From Clostridia bacterium (GTDB lineage: Bacteria > Bacillota > Clostridia > Oscillospirales > CAG-272): a stretch of DNA of 64,000 nt. Below the pieces are notes generated by a model that made no database searches, was not told where the DNA came from, and saw only the letters and a list, made by a program, of their open reading frames with translations. The position numbers and the translations under genes were made by a program. The stretch covers positions 1,719 through 65,718 of the forward strand of contig JAGASS010000027.1 in the NCBI GenBank assembly GCA_017621655.1, given 5' to 3'. This document shows positions 1-9,900 of this stretch, one piece after another (the first letter of the stretch is position 1; each line of letters starts with the position of its first letter).

Positions 1-609
1 TATCTGCTGGTTTTCGAGGCGGTTGAGCTTGAGGATATTCGTCATCATATCCGCCATACGGCGCGAAGCGTCGGTCACGCCCTTTGCGTACTCGATACGC
101 TCCTCCTCGCTCAGATCCGGAGACTGCAAAAGCGTGCCGTAATTCTGCATAACGGCAAGTGGGGTTTTCATTTCGTGCGACACGTTCGCAATAAAATCGG
201 TACGCAGCGTCTCAACGCTCGAAAGCTCAGCCGCCATCGTGTTTACCGCCTCGCCGATACGGTTAAAGCCCTCCATACCCGCGCCGTGCATGTTCGGAAC
301 GCGCGCGGAAAAATCGCCCTGCATTATCTTTTCCGTCGTATCGGTGATTATCCTTGCGGGTCGGTCGACGTTTACCTTTCTTCTGATATGATCGATCGTT
401 GCGAAAATCAAAGTCAGGATCAGCACGTTAATAAACGTGATCTTTGCCGCCGAGGCAATATTCTCGGCAGTGTAGGTCAACCCCATTGAATCCCCCATGG
501 TGCTAAGAAACAGCATCATACAGCACGATACCGCAAAGCCGATCGTCAAAAAGAATACGATAAAATTGTTTATGATCCGTAAAGCTCCCTTGACTGACGT
601 TTTTTTCAT
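1..609 (-). CDS. Sensor histidine kinase, N-terminal part (gene runs off the left window edge)
   Basis: Minus-strand translation from ATG 609-607 reads MKKTSVKGALRIINNFIVFFLTIGF... (hydrophobic segments), then ...LRTDFIANVSHEMKTPLAVMQNYGTLL, an H-box with the phospho-acceptor His. There is an ATGA start/stop overlap with the response regulator. It is missing from the ORF track because no stop lies inside the window. Confidence 0.85.
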   Translation of the reverse strand, partial: MKKTSVKGALRIINNFIVFFLTIGFAVSCCMMLFLSTMGDSMGLTYTAENIASAAKITFINVLILTLIFATIDHIRRKVNVDRPARIITDTTEKIMQGDFSARVPNMHGAGMEGFNRIGEAVNTMAAELSSVETLRTDFIANVSHEMKTPLAVMQNYGTLLQSPDLSEEERIEYAKGVTDASRRMADMMTNILKLNRLENQQI

Positions 610-1277
610 TTTATCACCGCCTTGTAGCCAAGCCCGTGAACCGTCTTTATTTCGAAATCCTCGCAGCCCGAAAGCTTCGAGCGAAGCTTCGTCATATAAA
701 CGTCAACGGCTCTTGGCGCGGTCTCGGTGTCCGCATCCCAGAATTCGTCCATGAGCTGAGTGCGCGTAAAGGTCTTTTTCGGATAGGATAAAAGCTTATA
801 CAGAATGCTGAACTCCCTGTTCGTAAGCGAGACCTCCTCGTCACCGAGGTAGGCGGTATGCTCGTCGGCATCCATTACGAAGGAACCGACCTCAAGCTTG
901 CGGCTCGACGCGATCTTTGCGCGGCGAAGCAGCGCCCCGATACGCAAAAACAGCTCGTCAAGGTCTATCGGCTTGACCATATAATCGTCAACACCGATGC
1001 GGAATCCTCTCTGCTTTGAGGCAATATCGTCGCGCGCGGTCATAAAGAGGATCGGTATCTCCTGATTAAGCTCCCTCACGTTTTTTGCAAACTCAAAGCC
1101 GTCGATCCCCGGCATCATAATGTCGGAAACGATAAGGTCAAATATATTTTCATAAAGAGCGTCGTACGCCTCGTTTGCATTAAGACATCCCGTCGCCTCG
1201 TATCCGCTTTGCGAAAGGAAGGAGCAAACGGTCTTATTCAAATCTCTATCGTCCTCAACGACCAAAATCTTAAACAT
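606..1277 (-). CDS. OmpR/PhoB-family response regulator (receiver + winged-helix)
   Basis: MFKILVVEDD...DLIVSDIMMPGIDG receiver motifs and a C-terminal ...LTNREFSILYKLL...VDVYMTKLRSKL...IKTVHGLGYK winged helix. I prefer ATG 1277 (GGAGG upstream) over the track start at 1307. Confidence 0.9.
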   Translation of the reverse strand: MFKILVVEDDRDLNKTVCSFLSQSGYEATGCLNANEAYDALYENIFDLIVSDIMMPGIDGFEFAKNVRELNQEIPILFMTARDDIASKQRGFRIGVDDYMVKPIDLDELFLRIGALLRRAKIASSRKLEVGSFVMDADEHTAYLGDEEVSLTNREFSILYKLLSYPKKTFTRTQLMDEFWDADTETAPRAVDVYMTKLRSKLSGCEDFEIKTVHGLGYKAVIK

Positions 1278-1377
1278 TATCACGCCTCCGTCGGTTTTTC
1301 GGGTCATTTTATCATATTATAACACAGAAATGTTAAAGTTTTGTTTGCGTTTTTAATTTTTTTGAAATTTCACGTTG

Positions 1378-2940
1378 TCAGAGCATCGGTGCAAATATTC
1401 TTACTACCGCGCGGATAAATCTCTGAATCAGGTTAGTCTTAAGCATATCGGGAGTGACCTCTAAGGATCTCGCCATAGTCTCCTCCATATCCTTTTTCAG
1501 GTCACCTATCGACTCGCACCCGTACATCCAGACGCCGTTTTCAAAATGGTGAACGAGGGAGCGATAGTCGAGATTTATCGTGCCGATCATCGCCTGGTTG
1601 CCGTCCGATAGATAGCTCTTTGCGTGAATGAATCCCGGCTCGTATTCAAATATTCGCACCCCTGCCTTCATAAGTCGGTGATAGAAGCTCCTCGTCATAC
1701 CGAAAACGAGCTTTTTGTCGGGAATGTGCGGAACAACTATACGAACGTCAACTCCGCGAAGCGCCGCGTTTTCTATGCTTCGGCAGAGGTCGTTATCGAC
1801 TATCAGATAAGGTGTCGTCATCCACATATACTCGGACGCGCCGTTCAGCATATTCTGTATGACGCTCTTTCCGACGCGATGTTCATAAAGCGGACGCGGT
1901 CCGTCACCGAACGGGATCATATATCCGTTTTCTCTAATATCCGATTTGGGATAAAGATCGTCTCTTATATTCGGCATCTTTTTTACGTTGATACCGAAGT
2001 CGATAAGAAACAACCGAGTCAGCTCCCATACCGCCTCGCCCTCAAGTCGGATTCCCGTATCCTTCCAATGACCGAAGCGAACGACCTCGTTTATGTACTC
2101 GTCGGCGATATTTACACCGCCCGTATAGCCGACCTTACCGTCGATGATCGTTATCTTGCGGTGGCTTCGATTGTTGAATTCACTGTCGGCGTTGCCGCGC
2201 AAGCGCGAAAACGGAGTCGCTTCAATGCCGTATTCCTTCAGCGTTTTATGATAATCACCGGGAAGCGTCATCATACAGCCGATGTCGTCGTAAAGCACCT
2301 TGACCTCGACCCCGTCCCTCGCTTTTCTCTTGAGAATTTCGAGTATCGAGTTCCAGAATTTGCCTTCCTCTATAATGAAATACTCCATATAGATGAATTT
2401 TTCGGCTTTTTCAAGGTCGGCAAGCAATCGCCTGTGCATGTCCTCGCCAATCGGAAAATACTCCTGCTTCGTATTCGTAAAAAGATGTGCCTCCGAAATA
2501 CCGCAAAGCATTTTCGCCTGAGATGCGGAGAGGGGATCATCATTTTTCAGCTTGTCGAAAAGCTCGGTATCGTTCTTTTTGTAGCCGTGGCTTTTCATAG
2601 CGTTCAGCCGCTTGATAAAGCGCTTTTTTAGCGTCCTCGAATAGAACATAAAGTAGAGCATAAATCCCGCTATCGGGATTATCAGCACAAATAAAAGCCA
2701 CGGGACCTTATAATCGGGATTATCGTCCGAAGCGATTATGCGTATAACGCAAAAAATCTCCGTTGCCCACGCCGCAAGGTAAAAATACGGCACGTAATAG
2801 CACATAACGGCAACCACTCCGATCACCATAAGCACCTCAAGCAGCGTCACGAGCACCGCAATAACGTAACGCACGGGAATGTATGAATATTCGCGTTCCT
2901 TATGCTCTTGACCGTCAAAATAAGTGTATTTTCTTTTCAT
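1378..2940 (-). CDS. cls: Cardiolipin synthase (PLD superfamily)
   Basis: N-terminal TM helices and two HKD motifs (HRKITIIDGKVGYTGGVNI and HAKSYLSDGNQAMIGTINLD). Confidence 0.9.
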   Translation of the reverse strand: MKRKYTYFDGQEHKEREYSYIPVRYVIAVLVTLLEVLMVIGVVAVMCYYVPYFYLAAWATEIFCVIRIIASDDNPDYKVPWLLFVLIIPIAGFMLYFMFYSRTLKKRFIKRLNAMKSHGYKKNDTELFDKLKNDDPLSASQAKMLCGISEAHLFTNTKQEYFPIGEDMHRRLLADLEKAEKFIYMEYFIIEEGKFWNSILEILKRKARDGVEVKVLYDDIGCMMTLPGDYHKTLKEYGIEATPFSRLRGNADSEFNNRSHRKITIIDGKVGYTGGVNIADEYINEVVRFGHWKDTGIRLEGEAVWELTRLFLIDFGINVKKMPNIRDDLYPKSDIRENGYMIPFGDGPRPLYEHRVGKSVIQNMLNGASEYMWMTTPYLIVDNDLCRSIENAALRGVDVRIVVPHIPDKKLVFGMTRSFYHRLMKAGVRIFEYEPGFIHAKSYLSDGNQAMIGTINLDYRSLVHHFENGVWMYGCESIGDLKKDMEETMARSLEVTPDMLKTNLIQRFIRAVVRIFAPML

Positions 2941-2966
2941 TTTTCCATCTCTTAAAATGCCGAAAA

Positions 2967-2991
2967 GCGAGACGGCAAATTGCCGTTTCGC
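2967..2991 (-). terminator. Putative intrinsic terminator after the small K/A/E-rich gene
   Basis: GCGAGACGGCA-AAT-TGCCGTTTCGC hairpin (one imperfect pair), followed on the minus strand by TTTTCGGCATTTT. Confidence 0.5.
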
Positions 2992-3006
2992 TTGTTCGTT
3001 TTCAAT

Positions 3007-3309
3007 TTACTTCTTCTTTGCCGCCTCGTAGCGCTTGTTTGCCGCCTCGGTTCTTTCGTTCGCCGCCGCGATCTGCGCCTCGCGCTCCGCCTTCATTTTT
3101 GCGTTTCTTTCCGAGGGAGTCATGTGCGCATCGTCCCAATTCTTCTTCGCGTCTGCCTTCGCCTTTGCAAAGGTGTTACGACCTCTGTTTTCTTCGAAAT
3201 TCGCCTTGCTCTCCGCCTTGACCGCCTCAAAGTTTGCCTTGTCAACCTCGTGCTGCTGCTTTGCCGACTCCTTCATATCCTGAAATGCCTTTTTCATAAA
3301 GTTTGCCAT
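3007..3309 (-). CDS. Hypothetical small Lys/Ala/Glu-rich protein (predicted helical, no TM)
   Basis: 100-aa ORF with its own TATAAT-like box, the shared upstream motif (3366-3393) and a downstream hairpin. Its composition is coherent, unlike the three overlapping plus-strand ORFs. Confidence 0.6.
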   Translation of the reverse strand: MANFMKKAFQDMKESAKQQHEVDKANFEAVKAESKANFEENRGRNTFAKAKADAKKNWDDAHMTPSERNAKMKAEREAQIAAANERTEAANKRYEAAKKK

Positions 3310-3387
3310 CGTTATTTACCTTACCTTTCGTATTTTACGGACTCATTATATCGGTCCGATGTTTTTTTGAGAAACGTTTAAGTTTTA

Positions 3388-3819
3388 TTAAAATTCGTTT
3401 TTTTCCGAAAGCTCGTCTGTCAGCTCGAGTATTCTCGGCGCGTACTTCGCCTTTGCCTGTCTAACCATCTTTTTGTATATCGGATACGCCGCGATCATTA
3501 CCGCCGCGCCTACGATACCGACGATTATTCCGAGAATCATAAAGAGCTGACCGCTTCCGAGCACATTCATCGCCAGGCACATACCTGTGCCGAATATCAG
3601 GCATCCGATAATTCCGATGATAAGCGACAGCACCGTCCCCGATTTTTCAACTGCTCTGTCAAGGCGCTTAAGCTCATCGAGCTTGCTTTCCGATTTCGGA
3701 AGGTACTTTTTTCTTATCTCCTGCACCTCTTTTTGCTCCTTTGCGGAGTATCTGTACGTAAAGCTTGTGTTCTGTTCCATTTCTTTTTCCTCACATTCAT
3801 TTTTGATTTGTGAGCACAT
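3388..3819 (-). CDS. Hypothetical small membrane protein (soluble charged N-terminus, two TM segments)
   Basis: ...SLIIGIIGCLIFGTGMCLAMNV... and ...LFMILGIIVGIVGAAVMIAAYPI... are hydrophobic helices. The real start is probably MEQNTSF at 3780 (GAGGAAAAAG RBS), because a TATAAT box overlaps the 3819 ATG. Confidence 0.65.
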   Translation of the reverse strand: MCSQIKNECEEKEMEQNTSFTYRYSAKEQKEVQEIRKKYLPKSESKLDELKRLDRAVEKSGTVLSLIIGIIGCLIFGTGMCLAMNVLGSGQLFMILGIIVGIVGAAVMIAAYPIYKKMVRQAKAKYAPRILELTDELSEKNEF

Positions 3820-3964
3820 TATATCCCCCGCTTGTTTTCGAAATTTTTGAGAAATGTTTAAGTTTTATTAAAAATACAAAAAGCTCAATGAACACCGTCT
3901 TTTACATAATTTTCATAAAACCCGACGATAATAATTTCAATAATTTCAAGCGAAAGGGTACGTT

Positions 3965-6900
3965 ATGAAAAACCGCCGCATAAGTATAAAGCTTCTTTCC
4001 GCCTCACTATATAAAAAATACGGAAGCTCCGAGATATTCCCTCTCCTTTCTCCGTATATGGAAGACCTGAGGGGCAGGATCGCATATCCGCATTTTTTTG
4101 AAGCGATAAAAAAGACTGTTTCACCGAGCTTCACGACAGATCCTAAAAAAATAGCGAACACAGTCGGAAAAAATATACGCTATAAGCCGCTTTCGCATTT
4201 CTACACCTACGCGGTCATAAACGCGCTCGTTTCGTTAAACGAAGCACCGCCTACAGAGGATATGCTCGCGAGGACCGTCGATTATCTGAAATCGCTCCAT
4301 TCGCTCGAAACGGAAGAGCTGTATTACGAGCTTTCCGAGGCGGAGAGGATACTCTCCGAAAGCAAGTATTTCAAAAACTGCGATACCGAAACAAAAAACG
4401 AATGCCGCCGCCAGGTCATCCTCTCGTCAAGGAAGCACAAGATCAGCGAAAGCGAAGCGGCAACGCTGTTTCTTAGCCGAGATCCGTTCGAGCGCGAAAA
4501 AGGCATTGCATCTCGGCTCTATTTTCCGATCCTCGGAATAATGACGGCGGCGTTTTCTGTCGTTTCACTTATCGTAACGAAAAACCCCGCGTTCTTTTTC
4601 TTTACGCTCCTGCCGATGTCAGAGGGCGCGAAGCAACTGACCGACTATATCTTTTCGCATTTCGTAAGAACCGTCCCGATCCCGAAGAAAAAGCTCAAAA
4701 GCATTCCCGACAATGCAAAAACGCTCACGGTCATAACCTCGCTTCTGACGGGCAAGGAAAGCGACCTTGAGCTATGTAAGAAGATCCGCGACTGCGCTTA
4801 CTCGAATAAGGAGGTTAACGCATATTTCGGTCTCCTATGTGACTTAAAGGAGTCGGACGGACCGACATCCCCCTCCGACCGAGAGACGGAAAAAAGGATC
4901 GCAGACGCAATCGACGAAATGAACGAACGGTACGGCATAAATATAATCCTTTTCCTGCGCGACCGACGCTACGCGCCGAGCGAGGACAAGTATATGGGCT
5001 GGGAGCGAAAGCGCGGCGCGATAATCGAGCTTACGCGTTACCTCAAGGGAAAAGAGACCTCTATCCGCGTTCTCTGCGGTGACCCAACGCCGATCTTCGA
5101 TACGAAATATATAATCACCCTCGACTCCGACACGCGCCTTTATACGGGAGCAGTAGTTGACCTCGTCGGAACGATGCTTCATCCGTCAAATACCCCCGTT
5201 ATAAAAAACGGCAGAGTTGTAAAGGGACACGCGATACTCCAGCCGAAAATGGAAGCGTCGCTCCTCTCGACTGAAAAAACTCCCTTTACCGTACTGACCT
5301 CCGACGGTGTCGGCGATATATACGCGAGCGCATCCTACGAGACCTATCAAAGCATATTCGGTGAGGGTATCTTTTGCGGAAAAGGAATCTTCGACCTCGA
5401 CGCATATTCCGCCCTTATCGACGGCGCATTCCAGGACGGCGCTGTACTCAGCCACGATCTACTTGAAGGAAGCCGTCTGCGTGCAGGTGCCGTGACCGAT
5501 ATAACTTTGACCGACGATATACCGAAAAGTCCTCTTTCCCACCTTGACAGAAGCCACCGCTGGATAAGAGGCGATATTCAGGCACTCGCTTTCGCGGGAA
5601 AATACTGTAAGGACGAAAACGGAAGGCAGTATAAAAACCCAATTTCTCCACTGTCTGTGTATAAAATATACGACAACGTGCGCCGCGCGCTTACGCCGAT
5701 CTCCTCTTTTGCGGCGCTTCTGCTCTGCATTTTCCGCCCGAGCCACCTGTCACCGTATATATCGCTTCTCGCCCTTGCTTACCTTATAATCCCCTTTTTT
5801 CTTTCGCTCTTATCGACCCTCAAAAGCATCGGCAGACGCTTCTTTTCTCACCTTATTCCTGCCTCCCTCTCGGCAGTTCTCAATTTCATCTATTCCCTTT
5901 CCTCTCTTACTCATACCGCGTTAAGAAACGCCGACGCGATCCTGCGCGCCGGCTTCCGTATGCTCTTTTCACGCAAAAAGCTTCTTGAATGGAAGACCGC
6001 ATCTGAAAGCGACAGCATGAAGGGGCTTCCCCTCGTTCTTTATTCAATGCTACCGTCTATCGCTATAGGACTTTCGCTTCTCATCTTCTGTCCGCGTCTT
6101 CCTCTTAAGATACTCGGCGCGCTGACATTCCTTTTCCCCTTTGCCTGCCACCTACTCGGCAAGCCCTTCAAAACTCCCGAGAAAATATCGAGAAGTGATG
6201 AAAATCAGCTACTCGAATATGCGCGCGACAGCTGGAAATTCTTTTCTCAAAGGGTGAATAAGGAAGAAAACCATCTTCCGCCCGACAATATACAGTTCAC
6301 CCCAGACGAGCGTGTCGCGCACCGCACATCCCCTACAAATATAGGTCTGTATCTGCTCTCGGTCTGCGCCTCCTGCAAGCTTGAGATCATAAACGAAAAG
6401 GAAGCGCTTTCGAGAATTGACAACACATTGAACACAGTGATCCTTCTCCCGAAATGGCACGGGCATTTATATAATTGGTACGATACAGAAACGCTCTTCA
6501 TCTTGGGACAAAGCTATATTTCTACCGTCGATTCGGGAAACTTCATCACCGCGCTCGTCACGGTAAGAGAGCTTCTTCTTTCAAATTTTGAAGCCGACGA
6601 AAGACGTGAAGAGATAATAAAAAAAGCCGACAAGCTGATAGCCGACGCCGACTTTTCCTACCTCTACAATGAAAAAAAGAAGCTTATGCTTATCGGAATA
6701 AACCCCGAAAAGCCCGATCGTGATCCTCCCTGCTACGATTTCTTCACGAGTGAGGAAAGAACGACCTCCTTCTACGCGATAGCGAGGGGCGACGTTCCGC
6801 GAGAGCATTGGAAATATCTGCGCCGTATTCCGACAGTTATCGGCGGATATACCGCGCTCACCTCCTGGACGGGAACGGCGTTCGAATATCTTATGCCATC

Positions 6901-9900
6901 TCTCATCACCCCGACACTGCGCGGCTCGCTCTCCTACGAAGCGCTCTCAAGCGCGGTAAGAGAACAGAAAAGAACACTCTGTCAAGGCGTTTGGGGTCGC
7001 TCGGAAAGCGGATATTTCGACTTTGACCGCGACCTGAATTATCAGTACAAGGCGTTCGGCGTTCAGTCGCTCGCGCTCAAGAACGGAATCGATAAGGACA
7101 AGGTCGTCTCGCCCTATTCGTCCTTCCTTGCTCTGCCCTTTGACAGAGCCGCGGCGCTATCGAACCTCAAACGGCTGAAAAGAAAAGGAATGTACGGCGA
7201 ATACGGCTTCTACGAGGCGATCGATATGACACCCGAGCGCGTCGGACACGGCTACGCGGTGATAAAGAGCCAGATGGCGCATCACGTCGGAATGTCGCTT
7301 GTCGCCATAGCCAACGCCTGCCTTGACAATATCTTTGTAAAAGCATTTATGTCCGATCCGCATTGCTCCTCCGCGCTCGGACTTCTGACCGAAAAAGTAC
7401 CGAGAAAGGCGATCTCTATAAGGCGCAAAAAATCGGTAACCAAAAGATCTATAATACCCGAGCCGCTTCCGCGTCTTTTCGCTCTTGAAAAACCGCAGGA
7501 AAACGAAAAAGCAACCCTCATCTCCGAGGGCGGCGCCTCGGCTGTCATGATGGGCGATATGCTTCGCCTTTCGGCGCTCAAAAGCGAGATAACGCTCGAT
7601 CCCTTCGTCTTCGGACGAATATACCGTCCTCGGCTCATAATGTCGATAGACAACGCGACCTTCGACCTCATGCGCGGCAGACACAAGGAAGGTCACGGCA
7701 GAATATCGAGAACGCACGACACCCGCCGTTTCACCTCCGAAATGTCGCTTTCGCTCTTCCCGAACGCAAAAACGTTCGTCATAAGCATCTCGGCAGAGGG
7801 ACATTTTGAAAAGGTCACTCCGATGCTTGTCCTTTTCCCGTCGCTCTCTTCAAGCGCCGATCGGCTTTCTCATCCTGCCTACAGCGATATTATGGTCGTA
7901 TCGGAATATTGCGAGACCGAACGCGCGCTTCTATTCAGAAAACAGGAGAAAAGCGCCGAGGACGGCGAAAAGTGCCTTGCAATATCGTTTGAAAGCGGAA
8001 GCGGCGGCGAGGAATTTATAACGGGGCGCGAGTACCTGCCCGAAATGTTCGGCGAAAACGACGTTGAAGCGCTGATAAAGAAGGAATTTGATAATAAAAC
8101 AGGGACGTTTTCCGAGCCGTTCTGCGCGATAAGAAAGACATCGCAGACAAATGGAAAATATCTTTCAAATATTCTTATCACCGTCGGGCGAAGCAAGGAG
8201 GAGGTCCTTTCGCGCCTTAATCTTGCCCGAAAGCAGATAAAAAGCGGTAAAGGCAAAAACGGTGCTTATATTGCCGAGAGAGCTATAAAAGCGAAGATCG
8301 GCGGAATTCCGATCCTTGCTTCCGATCCGCGCGGAAAAACCCTTCTTTCGGAGATTCTGTCCGCTGTCCTCGTTCCGAAAAAGAGGACGCCTGTCGGCAC
8401 CTACTGCGTCGGTGATTTTTATAAGTACGGTATCTCGGGCGACAATCCGATAATGACCGTCATCCTCGGGCGCGACTTTACAAAGAATTCGCCTGCCTAC
8501 AAATGGTTAAAGCTCTTCGTGCTTTGCCATAAGCACCTGAACCTTAGTGGGATAAAGCTCGATACCGTCGTTCTCTACGACAGCGGCGGCGAATATATGT
8601 CGGTAACAAAATCTGCGCTTACAGAGGCGGTAAACGAATGTGCCGCCGGATTCTTTTTGAAGGGCGGAATATACCTCATCGACGGATGCGACCGCGACCT
8701 ATTTGAAAACACCGCGTCAGTAGTTGCGGAGCTTGATACCGCCTTCACGCTTGACGCCTTCATATCGAAAAACGCAGGCGAAGTTACCCCCGAGACCCAG
8801 CCGATAACAGCTGTGACAAGGGTAAAAAGCTATCCGCCGAAGGACGCGCTTCACGTTTGCGGCGGTTACTTTTCGGAAAACGGCTTCACGCTTCTCAAAT
8901 CGGAGCGCGGCGAGAAAAAACTCCCACATTCCTACGTCTACGCGCTCAATCATTTCGGAACGCTCGTTACCGACTGCTCGCTCGGCTACACCTGGATAGG
9001 CAACAGCCACGAAAGGAGAATAACGGCGTTCATTCCCGACCTGCGCCGTCACCTGAACGGCGAAAAGCTTATAGCGACGGTTGCCGATGCCGAATACGAC
9101 CTTATTGCCTGCTCGCATACCGTCTCCTTTAACCGCGGAGAAACGGTCTGGGAGGGCAAGGCGGGACCGATCTCGTATACCGTTACCGCAAGTATAGACA
9201 CGAAGCTTCCCTGCAAGGCGGTGACAGTCACCTATATAGGTAACGCGGATATAAAGACCGAATACCGAATAACCCCCGTTCTCGGTGACGTACCGAGGCG
9301 AAACCGTCCGATAAGAGTAGAGGAACGCGATGGTGTCACCCTATATAACGCGGCGGTCTCCGACTGCTCGGATACGGCGTTTTTGGTCAAGTATGTCTTT
9401 GACGGCACGGTCTGCTTCCTGCTCGGCGCGTTTCCAAAGGGCAGAACAAGGGTGCTTGAAACGGTAATGCAAAAATACAGAACCCGAAACGATTTCCGCC
9501 TTTGCGCCGAGGAATACGAAAAAACGCTTTCCGAGCTTTTGCCGAACCTGAAGCTTTCTACTCCCGATCGTTACCTCTCGGTAATGACCGAATATTACCT
9601 GCCATATCAGGCACTCGTCTGCCGTTTTTACGGCAGGACGGGATTTTACCAATCGGGCGGTGCTTACGGCTTCCGCGATCAGCTTCAGGACTGCCTCTCC
9701 ATAATGCTCTCGGCGCCAAAGGTCGCAAAAACGCATATACTGCGTTGCGCCTGCCGTCAGTACGAGGAGGGGGACGTCAACCATTGGTGGCACGTGATCA
9801 AGGGCGAACGCCGCGGCGTTCGTACCCGTTACAGCGACGACCTGCTCTGGCTTCCCTACGTCGCATCAAAATACGCAGCATTTACCGACGATCACGATAT

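Noticed and set aside
1624-2631. A 335-aa plus-strand ORF inside cls. Similar shadow ORFs lie inside other genes: 18447-19289, 19604-20425, 28281-29416, 29540-30436, 32107-33045, 33522-34181, 34058-34903, 35988-36530, 38306-38896, 39731-40366, 40394-40990, 44702-45271, 48624-49112, 49208-49696, 55252-55743, 56556-57101, 58561-59229 and 60499-61029.
   Set aside because: Each is antisense to, or out of frame with, a gene that carries strong family motifs. None has an RBS or recognisable motifs.
2883-3381. Three plus-strand ORFs (2883-3221, 2980-3381, 3035-3283) overlapping the small K/A/E-rich gene.
   Set aside because: Their translations are S/L/R/F/C-rich low-complexity mirror images. The minus-strand ORF has the promoter-like box, the shared regulatory motif and a downstream hairpin.
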